NCBI GenBank assembly: GCA_963706955.1
Contig: CAVPOC010000003.1
Location: forward strand, 128,001-192,000
DNA: 64,000 nt
Direction of reading: 5' to 3'
Source of the DNA: an uncultured Verrucomicrobiae bacterium
GTDB lineage: Bacteria; Verrucomicrobiota; Verrucomicrobiia; Chthoniobacterales; Terrimicrobiaceae
Below the pieces are notes generated by a model. That model worked only from the letters and a program-made list of their open reading frames with translations. It had not been told where the DNA came from and searched no databases. Positions 43,130-53,458 of the stretch are shown here, one piece after another. The number at the start of each line of letters is the position of its first letter. The first letter of the stretch is position 1. The translations under genes were made by a program, and so were the position numbers.

Positions 43130-43990
43130 ATGATTCACGAATCACCCAACTTTCTTGCCCAACTGACGGGTTGCTTTGCTAAGCCCGTTGCTGAAAATCC
43201 CACCGTAGCCATGGTGGAAGCCGCCTACCACCATCACGGGCTAAACTGGCGTTACATCAACTGCGAAGTCCCGCCTGAACTTCTCGGCGACGCCGTGCGT
43301 GGCGCAAAGGCAATGGGATGGGCGGGCTTCAACTGCTCGATCCCCAATAAGATTGCCGTGATCCAATATCTGGACGACCTCGGCGAGTCAGCACAGATCA
43401 TCGGTGCCGTGAACACCGTTGTGCGCCGCGATGACCGATATATCGGCGAGAACACCGATGGGCGCGGCTTCGTCATGGCGCTGCGAAACATCGTCGATCC
43501 CACCGGGAAGACCGTTGTCCTCTTCGGGGCTGGTGGAGCGGCTCGGGCGGTCGCCGTCGAAATGGCGCTCGCGGGCGCTGCACGTGTCTTGATAATCAAC
43601 CGTAACCGAACGCGAGCGGAGGAACTGGCTCGGCTCTTAAATGATAAAACGCCCGCTAAAGCGGAAGCGCTCGCCTGGCCCGCGCAATACCGCGTGCCGG
43701 ACACGGCCGACATCGTCATCAACAACACCTCCGTCGGACTCTATCCCGAGGTCGACGCCCGGCTCGATGTGGATGTCGATTCGCTAAAGCCGCACATGGT
43801 GGTCGCCGATGGCATCCCAAACCCGCCGCGGACGTGCTGGATTCGCGACGCCGAAGCGCGCGGTTGCCGTGTCATGGACGGACTCGCGATGCTCATCGCC
43901 CAAGGAATTATCGGCATCAAATACTGGACGGGAATCGACGCGGATGCCGCCGTCATGCGTAAGGCACTCGAAGAAGCGCTTTCACTTTGA
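43130..43990 (+). CDS. aroE: Shikimate dehydrogenase family protein
   Basis: GFNCSIPNK, IGAVNT, NTDGRGF, GAGGAARA, DGLAMLIAQG. Confidence 0.85.
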   Translation: MIHESPNFLAQLTGCFAKPVAENPTVAMVEAAYHHHGLNWRYINCEVPPELLGDAVRGAKAMGWAGFNCSIPNKIAVIQYLDDLGESAQIIGAVNTVVRRDDRYIGENTDGRGFVMALRNIVDPTGKTVVLFGAGGAARAVAVEMALAGAARVLIINRNRTRAEELARLLNDKTPAKAEALAWPAQYRVPDTADIVINNTSVGLYPEVDARLDVDVDSLKPHMVVADGIPNPPRTCWIRDAEARGCRVMDGLAMLIAQGIIGIKYWTGIDADAAVMRKALEEALSL

Positions 43991-44268
43991 TTTCTTCGTA
44001 GCGCGAGTTTAGCCGCTTATTTCCTGGCTTCCCCTGTGCCGGCCAACCAGAACACCGGAACCAGGCAGGAAAGTGCCACAAACGGGTTGCTTTCTCGCTA
44101 CCGGACGATTCCACATTTTTTCTCGTAACGTTGTTGCCATTGGGAAGGAGTCCGGGGCCACACCCGGCGCGGCTCTCCAGGTGAACGGAAGATCGGGACG
44201 AACACGGGTTCAGGCTTGTTGCGGGCGTCGTTCTGCTCCGGCATCTCGCCGCCTTTTTCGAGCGGTTG

Positions 44269-44916
44269 TTAGCCCGCATCCGTCTGATTGCGGCTGCGAA
44301 ATTCATCTCGCAGAGACGAGGAAAGCGCGGATAACTGACTCGCTGTGCGCAACAGTTCTCTGTTTCGCAGATTCCGGCCGAATAGACTGGCAATATCCGC
44401 CACCGTGATTTTCTGCGGGTCTTGTCCAAGCAACTGAATGAGGTCGCCCGCGGTGACCGTCCCCTCTTCCAGAACTGCGAAGTAGAAACCACTCCTTTCA
44501 CTCCGCAGGAACCGTTTAACGATATCCGCCCGCCCCAGGCGTATGCCGAGTTTAAAGCAGGGCAGTCGAGGCTGGGTGATGACAAATCGCGCGGACCCGA
44601 TCTGAAGAGTATCGCCGATGTGAACAGCGGTCTCCAGCAATCCTTCTGTGGTGAGGTTTTCGCCGAATGCTCCCCACGTTATCTCCAGATCAGGAAATTC
44701 CTTCCGCCAAAAGCTGTAGTGCTCAGATGGGTAGGCATAGACGGCCTTGTCCACACCACCATGCACTGTCAGGTCGGACTGCTTATCTCCTTCCAAGTTA
44801 AGCTTGAAGACCCGCACTGAGCCGTTTTGGGGCGACTTAAAGATCGAAGTTCGAATGAGTTTACCCTTCCATTCGACCTCGCGTGGGCCGCCGACGTTGA
44901 CAGACAAGATTTTCAT
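44269..44916 (-). CDS. MOSC-domain protein (YiiM-like)
   Basis: HGGVDKAVYAY, FGENLT, QPRLPCFKL, SGFYFAVL. Confidence 0.9.
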   Translation of the reverse strand: MKILSVNVGGPREVEWKGKLIRTSIFKSPQNGSVRVFKLNLEGDKQSDLTVHGGVDKAVYAYPSEHYSFWRKEFPDLEITWGAFGENLTTEGLLETAVHIGDTLQIGSARFVITQPRLPCFKLGIRLGRADIVKRFLRSERSGFYFAVLEEGTVTAGDLIQLLGQDPQKITVADIASLFGRNLRNRELLRTASQLSALSSSLRDEFRSRNQTDAG

Positions 44917-45155
44917 CTGATCAGACAATCGCCCGCGATCGCTCTCCTTCAAGGCGCGAGCAGCACGGCTTTGCTCTCACTCTCCATCGTGCTTGAGTTC
45001 AGGCGCGCGGATGGACCTGCCAGCGTTCACATCGATGGTTGCATCAATTACGTAAGAAGAAAGATCCGGCGGGATTTGGTGATGACTTAACTGCGATGCG
45101 ATGTATTGAGACGACTGAACTGCGCCGCGGTCCTTTACCACGGCCAAGGGCAGCA

Positions 45156-45380
45156 TCACTTTGTGAGGTATTCTTTGTAGTTCTCCAGGGTGACAGGCTC
45201 GAACGGGATCCAAACAAAGGAGTCAACCTTTTCGCCCTTGATGAGTTTGACTGCCGTTTCCACCGCCCCATAGCCCTGACCCTTGGCGTCTTGAAAGACG
45301 GTCACGTCCAGATTGCCCTTCTCCATTTCAGCGAGGGCATCCGCAGTCGCGTCAATGCCGGCGACGACCACCTTCTTGGC
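45156..45380 (-). pseudogene. C-terminal fragment of a sugar (inositol/rhizopine-type) binding protein
   Basis: VVVAGIDATADAL...TVFQDAKGQG...WIPFEPVT; no N-terminal two-thirds. Confidence 0.8.
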
Positions 45381-45596
45381 GCTGTTTACGATTGGCAGGC
45401 GGAACCTAGAAGGTATTGCACGGCGGCTCCGCTGTAGTTAGGGTGGCTGGTTTATTGGCCGCGCAGCCGAGGGTCGGGAGCGAACCACCGCGCGCCCGGA
45501 GTCGTAGCGTTGAAGAGAGAGTTTTTTCACATGGGTAGAGGTTGATGAGGCGGAATGCGATGTTTTATGATGTAATATTAAGTTTATACGAGTTAC

Positions 45597-45625
45597 TTGA
45601 CACCATAAATATGATGTTATATAAT
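45597..45625 (+). promoter_or_regulatory. Consensus sigma70 promoter for the iolG operon
   Basis: TTGACA (45597-45602), 17-nt spacer, TATAAT (45620-45625); GGAGG RBS upstream of 45707. Confidence 0.85.
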
Positions 45626-45706
45626 CAAAACGTCAAATAAAAATATGTATTCGCATCACTCCTACCATCATAAGAACTCAAACATCTGCCGAATTGGAGG
45701 GGAGCG

Positions 45707-46721
45707 ATGATTGGGCTGGCCCTTTTAGGTGCTGGTCGAATGGCCAAGGTGCACGCCGAAGCTATCTCAGCAGCAGGCGCGAGACTTGTAACCGTATTCG
45801 ACGTTTCCGCCGCCGCCGCGAACTCTCTGGCTTCGAAAGCTGGCGCATCGGTGGCTCAGACAGCGGAAGAAGCTCTCAACCATCCTGAGGTCGCAGCAGT
45901 TCTTATAGCGACGTCATCGGACACTCACGCCAAGTTCGTCATCGAGGCGGTTCAGGCGGGAAAGGCCGTTATGTGCGAGAAGCCGCTGGCGCCGACTCTC
46001 GCGGAGGCGCAACAGTGCGTGGATGCGTTGGGCGATCGCGCCGGAAGCGTTTTCCTGGCCTTCAATCGGCGGTTTGATCCCGGACACGCTGCAGTCAAGC
46101 AGGCCATCGAGAATGGCGAGATTGGCAATCTTGAACAACTGACGATTACCAGCCGCGACCCCTACCCACCCCCGCTCGAGTATGTTCCGAAGTCCGGCGG
46201 CCTCTTCCGCGACATGATGATTCACGACTTCGACATGGCCCGGTGGATGCTCGGCGAGGAACCGATTAATATTCATAGCCGTGGCAGCTGCCTGGTTGAT
46301 CCGGAGGTTGGCAAACTCGGCGATATCGACACGGCCTGCGTAACCATGATTACGGCGAGCGGAAAGCAGGCGGTCATCCTCAACTCGCGGCGAACTGCGT
46401 ATGGCTTTGATCAGAGGATCGAGGCTTTCGGCTCGGGGGGCATGGTCATGTCCGATAATCCCCAGGCCACCGGCTTCAAGCGATTTTCGAGCACAGAGCT
46501 TCGGCGCCCCCGATCGCTTTCGCGCCTTCTTTATGGAGCGCTATGGCGACAGCTATCGGTTGGAAATTGAGGCGTTTGTCAATGGCTTGGTTCAAGGCCA
46601 ACCGGCATCTGTAAGTGCCATTGACGGGCTGAAGGCCGTCTACTTGGCAGAAGCCGCCGGAGCATCTCTTCGACTCGGAAAAGCTATAGAATTGAAACCA
46701 AACTGTGAAATTACCTGGTAA
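45707..46721 (+). CDS. iolG: Inositol 2-dehydrogenase, Gfo/Idh/MocA family (indel ~46500)
   Basis: LGAGRMA, CEKP, FNRRFDP, ITSRDP, SGGLFRDMMIHDFD, YGFDQRIE; second frame FFMERY. Confidence 0.82.
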
Positions 46722-47518
46722 TGAATGATGACTCTTTCTTAAGGAACAAGACAACCACCGCAATCATCACCGGAGGAGCCCAAGGTTTGGGTTTCGCCAT
46801 CGCCGAACGGCTCGCCCGGGAGGGCGCGCGTGGCCTCATTCTCAGCGGGCGAAGCGTCGACAAAGGAGAGAAGGCGGCAGCGAATATTCAATCTCAGGGC
46901 ACGGATTGTATCTTCGTAAAGGCTGACGTCTCGAGCGCACAAGATTGCGCCAAACTAGTCGCCAAGGCTCTCGAGCGCTTTGGCTCGGTCAACGGCTTAG
47001 TCAACGCCGCGGCCTTGCCGGACCGCGGGACGCTCCTGGATACAACTCCCGAACTTCTGGACCGGATGTTCCGGACCAACGTGTCCGGGCCCTTCCTTTT
47101 GATGCAGGGCGTGGTCCGGCATTTGACCGAGACCGGCCAACCGGGAAGCATTGTCAATATCCTCTCGATGGTGGTGCACTGCGGCCAGTCCTATCTGGCG
47201 CCTTATTCCGCCTCAAAGGGAGCTCTTGCTACACTGACCAAGAATGTCGCCAATGCTTACGCGGCCAATCGTGTCCGCTGCAACGGAATACTCACCGGCT
47301 GGATGGACACGCCGGGTGAGAGCGCCACGCAGCAGAAATTTCATGGCGGAGGCGAAGATTGGTTGGCAAAAGCCGAGGCAGAACAGCCCATGGGCCAACT
47401 GGTGAAACCGCATCAAGTTGCTGGATTGGTTGCTTACCTCCTGAGTCCAGAATCGGGCGTAATAACCGGAGCTTTGATAGATTATGATCAGCGCGTCTCT
47501 GGAGCCTACCCGGAGTAG
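46721..47518 (+). CDS. SDR oxidoreductase
   Basis: TGGAQGLG, VNAA, YSASK; start overlaps the iolG stop. Confidence 0.92.
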   Translation: MNDDSFLRNKTTTAIITGGAQGLGFAIAERLAREGARGLILSGRSVDKGEKAAANIQSQGTDCIFVKADVSSAQDCAKLVAKALERFGSVNGLVNAAALPDRGTLLDTTPELLDRMFRTNVSGPFLLMQGVVRHLTETGQPGSIVNILSMVVHCGQSYLAPYSASKGALATLTKNVANAYAANRVRCNGILTGWMDTPGESATQQKFHGGGEDWLAKAEAEQPMGQLVKPHQVAGLVAYLLSPESGVITGALIDYDQRVSGAYPE

Positions 47519-47561
47519 TCGCCTGCAAGGCTTTCCAGTCCCATCCAGCTCCTCATGAGCC

Positions 47562-47620
47562 TGTAGCGGCGATGTCCCCATCGCCGACCATACCTCGACG
47601 GTGGGGACACCGCCGCTACA
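47562..47620. repeat. GTAG-class REP doublet / long hairpin
   Basis: TGTAGCGGCGATGTCCCCATCG ... CGGTGGGGACACCGCCGCTACA. Confidence 0.8.
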
Positions 47621-47708
47621 AAAGAGGTGAGTTGCGTACGCGCACCATGAAGTAATATGAGGTTCTATGAGTTGACGTTTTGCTGTTCCTTATCATACTC
47701 TTCAGCGG

Positions 47709-48746
47709 ATGAGAACTCGGGCGAGACCCTCGATTGAGGAAATCGCGAAGTTGAGCGGCTGCAGCAAGGCCACCGTCGATCGGGTTCTTCACGGGCGGGC
47801 CGGAGTCCACCCGCGAACGCGAGACAAAGTGAACCAGGCGCTCGGCCAGCTCGACGCCGAATATGAACTCAGAACGGTCAGGCCCTTTGACGCCTCGTCG
47901 GTATCTGGGACCTCCCGGCACATTGGGTTTATCATCCAGTCCGGCCAAGCGTTTACGGAGTCTTTCTTGGCGACTATCGAGAAGCAGTCAAGTAGTGAAC
48001 GGACAGTGGAATTGAAGGGTTTGGGCGCCGCCTCCGATGAGGCGGTGATTGAAGCGATCACGGGCTGGGCCTCTGACTTCGATGGACTTGCCATAGTCTG
48101 CAAGAACATGCCCCAGATTATTGATGAGCTGAAACGCCTTCGGCAGACGGGAGTGCGCGTGATGGCTCTGGTTTCGGATATTGAATCATCCGCTCGTTCG
48201 GCCTATCTGGGAATTGATAACCGAGCGGCTGGCAACGTCGCTGCCTACCTGATGGGTCGCCACTTGGACCGGCGTTCAGGTGCCCAGGTGGCCGTGGTCG
48301 TGGGGAGCTTTTCCTACCGCTGCCATGAAGATCGCGAAATCGGGTTCCGTTCGATTATGCGGCAGCAGTTTGACAGCGTCGAAGTCCTGGAGGTCATCAA
48401 AGGCGAGGACTCCGACGAAGCCACCTATGATGCCGCTCGAAAACTATTCGGAGCCAGGCCGAACATTGTCGGCGTCTACAATGTCGCCGGTGGCAATCGC
48501 GGATTGGCTCAAGCGGTGGGCGAGTTGCAGCACGCGTATCGCCCCGTTTACATTACCCACGAATTAAACCGGGTCACCGAACCTCTCCTGCGCACAGAAC
48601 AAATCGATTACCTGATCGTCCAAGACCTCGATGAAATGATTCGTCGCGCTACTCAGTTCATGCGCGAAATCCCTGCGGATGATCGTGGTGTCCACGCCCT
48701 CGAGCACGTTCGTTTCCACCTTTTAACGCAGTTCAATATTGGCTAA
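47709..48746 (+). CDS. LacI-family transcriptional regulator
   Basis: SIEEIAKLSGCSKATVDRVLHGR, YLGIDNRAAG, GVYNVAGG. Confidence 0.92.
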   Translation: MRTRARPSIEEIAKLSGCSKATVDRVLHGRAGVHPRTRDKVNQALGQLDAEYELRTVRPFDASSVSGTSRHIGFIIQSGQAFTESFLATIEKQSSSERTVELKGLGAASDEAVIEAITGWASDFDGLAIVCKNMPQIIDELKRLRQTGVRVMALVSDIESSARSAYLGIDNRAAGNVAAYLMGRHLDRRSGAQVAVVVGSFSYRCHEDREIGFRSIMRQQFDSVEVLEVIKGEDSDEATYDAARKLFGARPNIVGVYNVAGGNRGLAQAVGELQHAYRPVYITHELNRVTEPLLRTEQIDYLIVQDLDEMIRRATQFMREIPADDRGVHALEHVRFHLLTQFNIG

Positions 48747-48935
48747 AGGATTCTTCAGTGTCCAAGCGCGCCTGCGAGTTTCGGCTTCGCCTCGACTTTA
48801 ACGCTCGCGCGGGCACTCGAGAACTGGAAGAGGGTTGAGCGTCGAGGGGAAAAATCCAAATTCTTCGCAACAAATCGGGGTGACCGGATTGCATTGTGCG
48901 CGCACCCGACTGCGGCCCTGTCGTCTTAAAATTCA

Positions 48936-49310
48936 TTAGCCGGATTCGCCTTCGGCAGGCGAATCGAACATCTGACGAACCTCCACTTCGCCCTCCCAGA
49001 CCGGCCAATGCTCCTTGTAGAGCTGCAGAAATTGGGACGCTCGTGCGACCGCTTCTTGCTTCGACGCCACTTTGTATATGGCGTAGGCACTGATCAGCTC
49101 TTTGGATTCGGCGAAAGGCCCGTCGGAGATAGTCAGTTTCCCTGCCGAAAGGCGAACCCGAGCCCCCATCGCGCTCGGAAACAGACCGCCGGCCGAGACG
49201 AGCCAACCGGTCCCTAACGCCTCTTGTCCGAACTTGGCGATCGCATTCAAGAGCGCCTTCGGGGGTGGGCCTGCGTTTTCCGTAGACTTGATCAGGTTCA
49301 TGAATCGCAT
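48936..49310 (-). CDS. YciI/DGPF-family protein
   Basis: DGPFAESKELI, EVEVRQM. Confidence 0.88.
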   Translation of the reverse strand: MRFMNLIKSTENAGPPPKALLNAIAKFGQEALGTGWLVSAGGLFPSAMGARVRLSAGKLTISDGPFAESKELISAYAIYKVASKQEAVARASQFLQLYKEHWPVWEGEVEVRQMFDSPAEGESG

Positions 49311-49344
49311 GTTCGATTTCTCCCTGCGGGTTTCAGGTTAATGA

Positions 49345-49773
49345 TTAGATGTGTGTCCTAGGACGCAGCTGAGTTCGCAGAGGAATTAATTCGCGCAGAC
49401 GTTCATCGCGCAAGAAAAGCCCTCCCCATAGCAGCGCGCCGAAAATGACTGGGAAGAGGACCTCAAACGGGGCGGCACTGACACGAACGTGCGTGGCGAC
49501 GGCGCCGCCCAGATAGCCGGTCAACAGGATAGCGCCAAGCACGGCGGTGCGCGGGATCAAGTAGAGGACCGTAGAGGCGAGCAAGACGATCCCGAGGCCC
49601 AAAATAACGCTCTCGGGGTATCCGAGCTGAACGGTCGTCTCCATGACAATGGCCGGCTTCAGCAGTTTCATGACGCCGTCCATGAGCAGGAACAGGGATG
49701 GCAGGGTGCCTATAATCCATCCAGCCCACAGCATCCTTTTGGAGACGGACGGATCTTGCGTATCCAATTGCAT
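49345..49773 (-). CDS. DoxX-family membrane protein
   Basis: LYLIPRTAVLGAILLTGYLGGAVATHVR. Confidence 0.88.
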   Translation of the reverse strand: MQLDTQDPSVSKRMLWAGWIIGTLPSLFLLMDGVMKLLKPAIVMETTVQLGYPESVILGLGIVLLASTVLYLIPRTAVLGAILLTGYLGGAVATHVRVSAAPFEVLFPVIFGALLWGGLFLRDERLRELIPLRTQLRPRTHI

Positions 49774-49791
49774 GGCTGCACCGTAACGCCG

Positions 49792-50499
49792 TCAAAAGAA
49801 CCCTGTCTTGTATAAATACGACAGCTGCTTATCCCCGCGAACAATTTGTGCAGGCGTTTGTCCGATCAAGTATTTGAGCGACCGGGTGAGATGCGCTTGA
49901 TCGAAATAGCCGGCTTCTGGAACCGTATCGAGAATTGAGACGCCTTGTTTCAAGAGATTAGCCGCCTGTCGAGCGCGTTCGATTTGACGAATTGTGCTGT
50001 GGGTCATGCCCGTCGCTTGCAGAAAATGCCGCTGTGCGGTTCGGATTGACATTTTTTGCCGTCGACCTTGCAGCGCAACCTTTACGGGGAGGTCAACCGC
50101 AACCAACCCATCATGCACAAGCCGGTTCACGAAGTTTTCCGCATTCTCAAAGTCAGGGTATTCCCAGGCAGAGCCATTCAACCAGAAGGATCGGCCCGTC
50201 GCTTCCGGCAAGGTTACATCCCTTCGATCGAGGAGATTTCTCGCGGGCAAATGTGGCATGAATGTGCCCAGCTTGAAGCGGATACCAAGCCACTCACCTT
50301 CTGCCGGACAGTCCAGCGTGGCCGCATTTGTTTCTGGTCCCCGCACGGTGAGAGTTGTCCTGCCATTGTGACGCGTCACGACCATCTCCCAATGACTCGC
50401 GGCGATCGAAAGAAATGTGCCGGCGCGTTCACTGTGACAACGCCAAATCCTTTCAACAAAAGGCGAGTCCGATGGCCTATCATCGAAGATAAGGAACAT
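49792..50499 (-). CDS. AraC-type HTH regulator
   Basis: RTAQRHF, AGYFDQAHLTRSLK. Confidence 0.85.
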   Translation of the reverse strand: MFLIFDDRPSDSPFVERIWRCHSERAGTFLSIAASHWEMVVTRHNGRTTLTVRGPETNAATLDCPAEGEWLGIRFKLGTFMPHLPARNLLDRRDVTLPEATGRSFWLNGSAWEYPDFENAENFVNRLVHDGLVAVDLPVKVALQGRRQKMSIRTAQRHFLQATGMTHSTIRQIERARQAANLLKQGVSILDTVPEAGYFDQAHLTRSLKYLIGQTPAQIVRGDKQLSYLYKTGFF

Positions 50500-50850
50500 A
50501 CTTCTGCCAGAGCTATGCTTTCATTGGGTTTCGCAGGCGCTTGATTGCCATATGCATTCAATTATGCGACGAATGGTTTGCTCATTTTAGGACAGCGGCG
50601 GTCACCAGCGCCGTATTTTTACGGCCAAGCTTCTACTGCCGCGGCCAAAGCCGAATCCAACAGAGAGCGGCGGCGACTCGTAGGGCGAATCCAAGGAAAT
50701 CACACGATTAGCGCTTGACCGGGGCTTTCCTTCGACGCGTGCGTATCAGTTCTTGGCGAGCTGTCCGCGCATTTCCGCCGCGTATTGGTCGGCGTTGAGT
50801 CCGGTCAGCAAGTGGACGACATGTTCCGGGAAGTCTCACAATCGTCCTGG

Positions 50851-51000
50851 ACGCCGAGCCCACCGAGAACACAGAGGGTTGACAAAGAGTTGTCAACGCG
50901 CCTCACTCGCCAAACCTTCTGGCGCAGACGGATCAGTCTCGTCGTAGGGCGCCAGAGCGAAGCTAAACAGAATCTTGGTGTTCTCTGATCCTCTGTGGTT
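50851..51000 (+). mobile_element. Miniature inverted-repeat element, degenerate copy C
   Basis: CACCGAGAACACAGAG ... GGTGTTCTCTGATCCTCTGTGGTT. Confidence 0.55.
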
Positions 51001-51608
51001 CGGCGCCTGCTTGCAGATGCCGTAAGTGAGGCCTTGTCGCGCACGTCCCGAAGCAGACGAGGAGATATCTGCGGGCTCTCGACTAAGTGAAGCCTGCGAT
51101 GACCTAGTTAGTTGAGGCCTGCAGAGGAGATTCTTTGTGGCGCCCGCTGATAGCGTTCGTTGAGCCCTGCAGCGCTCGCCAATGGCGATACACTCCTCGC
51201 GCCAGGATCGCTCAATCTGCTCGCGAGAATAAGTACTCTTCGCATGGCTTGCCGAGTTGTTCTACTCGTTGCAAACTTGTTCTTCATATTCTTCTAACAC
51301 CACCTGGATCATCTCGTTGGCGGACACTCCTGCCGCTTCATCCAGCGCCGGTCACGGTTCCTGCGAGACGGTCAACTTCTTTATGATCGGTTACGTAGGC
51401 CGCAGGCATTCAGATCCAACAATTCTTTGCTGGGCGCGGCATCGGGTCGGTCGACTCGGACGACCAGCTAACCAGTTCGTTTCCACCTCCGAACCCAGTT
51501 CAATATCGCCTGAACTCGGAAGTCGATGGATGAGTCCGATTGCTGAGATCGGTCGCAGCCGAAGCGGCTAGACGTGGCGCCGGGCCATTAAGCGGATTAC
51601 CGTGATTC

Positions 51609-53372
51609 ATGGCTTCCTTTCGCGATGCAACGAATCTCGCAGGATTTTTTCGCGCAGCATCGCTCACCAGCTTGAAAGAACAGCAGATGATGACAGTGCA
51701 TGGAGCCGATCGTCCGGTGCTGCTTTGCTGGCACGACGGTCAGGTATTCGCGCTCGACAATCGTTGTCCGCACATGGGGTTCCCACTAAGCAAAGGGAGC
51801 CTGGACCATGGCTTGCTTACCTGCCACTGGCACCACGCCCGCTTCGACTTGCGCAGCGGGTGCACTTTCGACGTGTGGGCAGATGAAACCCCGGTCTTTG
51901 AAGTGTGCGTCGAAGGGGATGACATCTGGGTCTCCAAGGTCCCAGTCATGCGCGCCGATACGCAGTTGCATTTTGCGCGCTTGCGTCGGGGCCTGGAGGA
52001 GAACATCGGGCTGGTCCAGGCCAAAAGCATTGTCGCGTTGCTCGCGGACGGCGAGGGGGCGAAAAGTGTAATCCGGGAGATCGCCAAATTCGGTGCGCGA
52101 CACCATCGGGTGTGGGCAAATGGCATGACCATGTTAAGCTTGGTGGCTCGACTGGGTCCTTGCCTTGGCGAGACCACGCTGATCTACGCTTTGGCCGCCG
52201 CGGCGCGGACGGTTGCAGGGAATTGTGCCGGGCAGCCGATGCGACACTCTCCCGGACGCCTCCATGGCGAGGGCTATGGCGAGCAGCGCCTGAGTGAGTG
52301 GATGGTTCACTGGGCAAGGGTCCGCCACGATGAGGCTGCCGAGCGGACGTTGCTAACAGCCGTGAGCTGTGGGCTCACGAAAGAAGCGCTTAACAAGATG
52401 GTCTTCGGCACAATCCAAGAGCGGATCTATGCTGACAGTGGACACGCCCTGGATTTGTCCAACAAGGCGTTTGAGCTCCTGGAATTTATCAGCTGGAAAT
52501 ACGCAACCGAAGTCTTGCCACTCCTTGTAGAACACCTGACTCAGTCGCAATCCGCGGAAGAACGGGGAACATGGCGAGCTCCGGTCGATCTCGTGGAGCT
52601 AATTCACGGAGCCGAGGAGACCCTGCGCAAAAACTTTCGACCGACGCGGCCAGCGACCATCGGCGAGCCGGACTTCTATAACCAAATGCTTGGAGGGGAG
52701 CCGCAGGCGATTATTAGGGCCATCGTCGAAGCCGTCACTCAAGGTGTTCCGCCGGTCGAAATCGCACGACACTTGACACTCGCGGCTGCATGGCGCTTGG
52801 CACGTTTCCCAGAGTCGAACGGCATCGAAGATTGGTTTGCGCCAATGCATACGTTCTCGTTCTGCAACGCGCTTCATCGCGTGCTGGCACGAGGTGAGGC
52901 CGGACCGGAACTCGTCCGCGGCCTATTCCATGCAGCCATGTCGATCTACGCAGATCGGTTTCTCAACATCCCGAGCGCTCCGCTGCCGAGCGAGCAGCCG
53001 TTACAAGATCTGCCGACTGCGGCTGACGAGCTGCGAGAGTGCATCCTCTCAGCTCTCGACCAACGAAAGGAATGGTCTAAAGTGCCACGCCTCGCGCTCC
53101 GTTATTTGCGTCTTGGCCACCCAGAGGCAGGGTTGATTGACACACTCACTTTCGCGACCCTTCGCGAAGATCTGGACTTCCATGCTCTCCAGCTCCTCGA
53201 AGCGACCCATACCCAGGCGGCAGAATGGTCGCTAGGCAGTGCTGAGCGCGAACTGCTTTACGCGGCAAGTTGCCGGTACCTGGCTGCTCATTGTCCGACA
53301 CGACGTAGCTCAAGCCAGGCGGTGGCCGTCGCCCTGCGTCTGCATAAAGGAGAGGAAGTTTACACCGAGTAA
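51609..53372 (+). CDS. Rieske [2Fe-2S] domain fused to a large helical domain
   Basis: NRCPHMG and TCHWHHARFDL ligands, then about 480 aa of unknown function. Confidence 0.85.
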   Translation: MASFRDATNLAGFFRAASLTSLKEQQMMTVHGADRPVLLCWHDGQVFALDNRCPHMGFPLSKGSLDHGLLTCHWHHARFDLRSGCTFDVWADETPVFEVCVEGDDIWVSKVPVMRADTQLHFARLRRGLEENIGLVQAKSIVALLADGEGAKSVIREIAKFGARHHRVWANGMTMLSLVARLGPCLGETTLIYALAAAARTVAGNCAGQPMRHSPGRLHGEGYGEQRLSEWMVHWARVRHDEAAERTLLTAVSCGLTKEALNKMVFGTIQERIYADSGHALDLSNKAFELLEFISWKYATEVLPLLVEHLTQSQSAEERGTWRAPVDLVELIHGAEETLRKNFRPTRPATIGEPDFYNQMLGGEPQAIIRAIVEAVTQGVPPVEIARHLTLAAAWRLARFPESNGIEDWFAPMHTFSFCNALHRVLARGEAGPELVRGLFHAAMSIYADRFLNIPSAPLPSEQPLQDLPTAADELRECILSALDQRKEWSKVPRLALRYLRLGHPEAGLIDTLTFATLREDLDFHALQLLEATHTQAAEWSLGSAERELLYAASCRYLAAHCPTRRSSSQAVAVALRLHKGEEVYTE

Positions 53373-53428
53373 CTGTTCGAGTACGAAAACGACTATCACA
53401 GGCGAGGTGGTCTTGAACTGTTGCCGAT

Positions 53429-53458
53429 CCTCCGGGTTCTCGGTGTCCTCTGTGGTGA
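53429..53458 (-). repeat. Solo end of the same element family, copy D
   Basis: Minus strand TCACCACAGAGGACACCGAGAACCCGGAGG encodes TTEDTENPE. Confidence 0.65.

Noticed and set aside
50708..51571. Protein-like scraps such as FPEHVVHLLTGLNADQYAAEMRGQLAKN
   Set aside because: Probably decayed genes, but I cannot assign a family.
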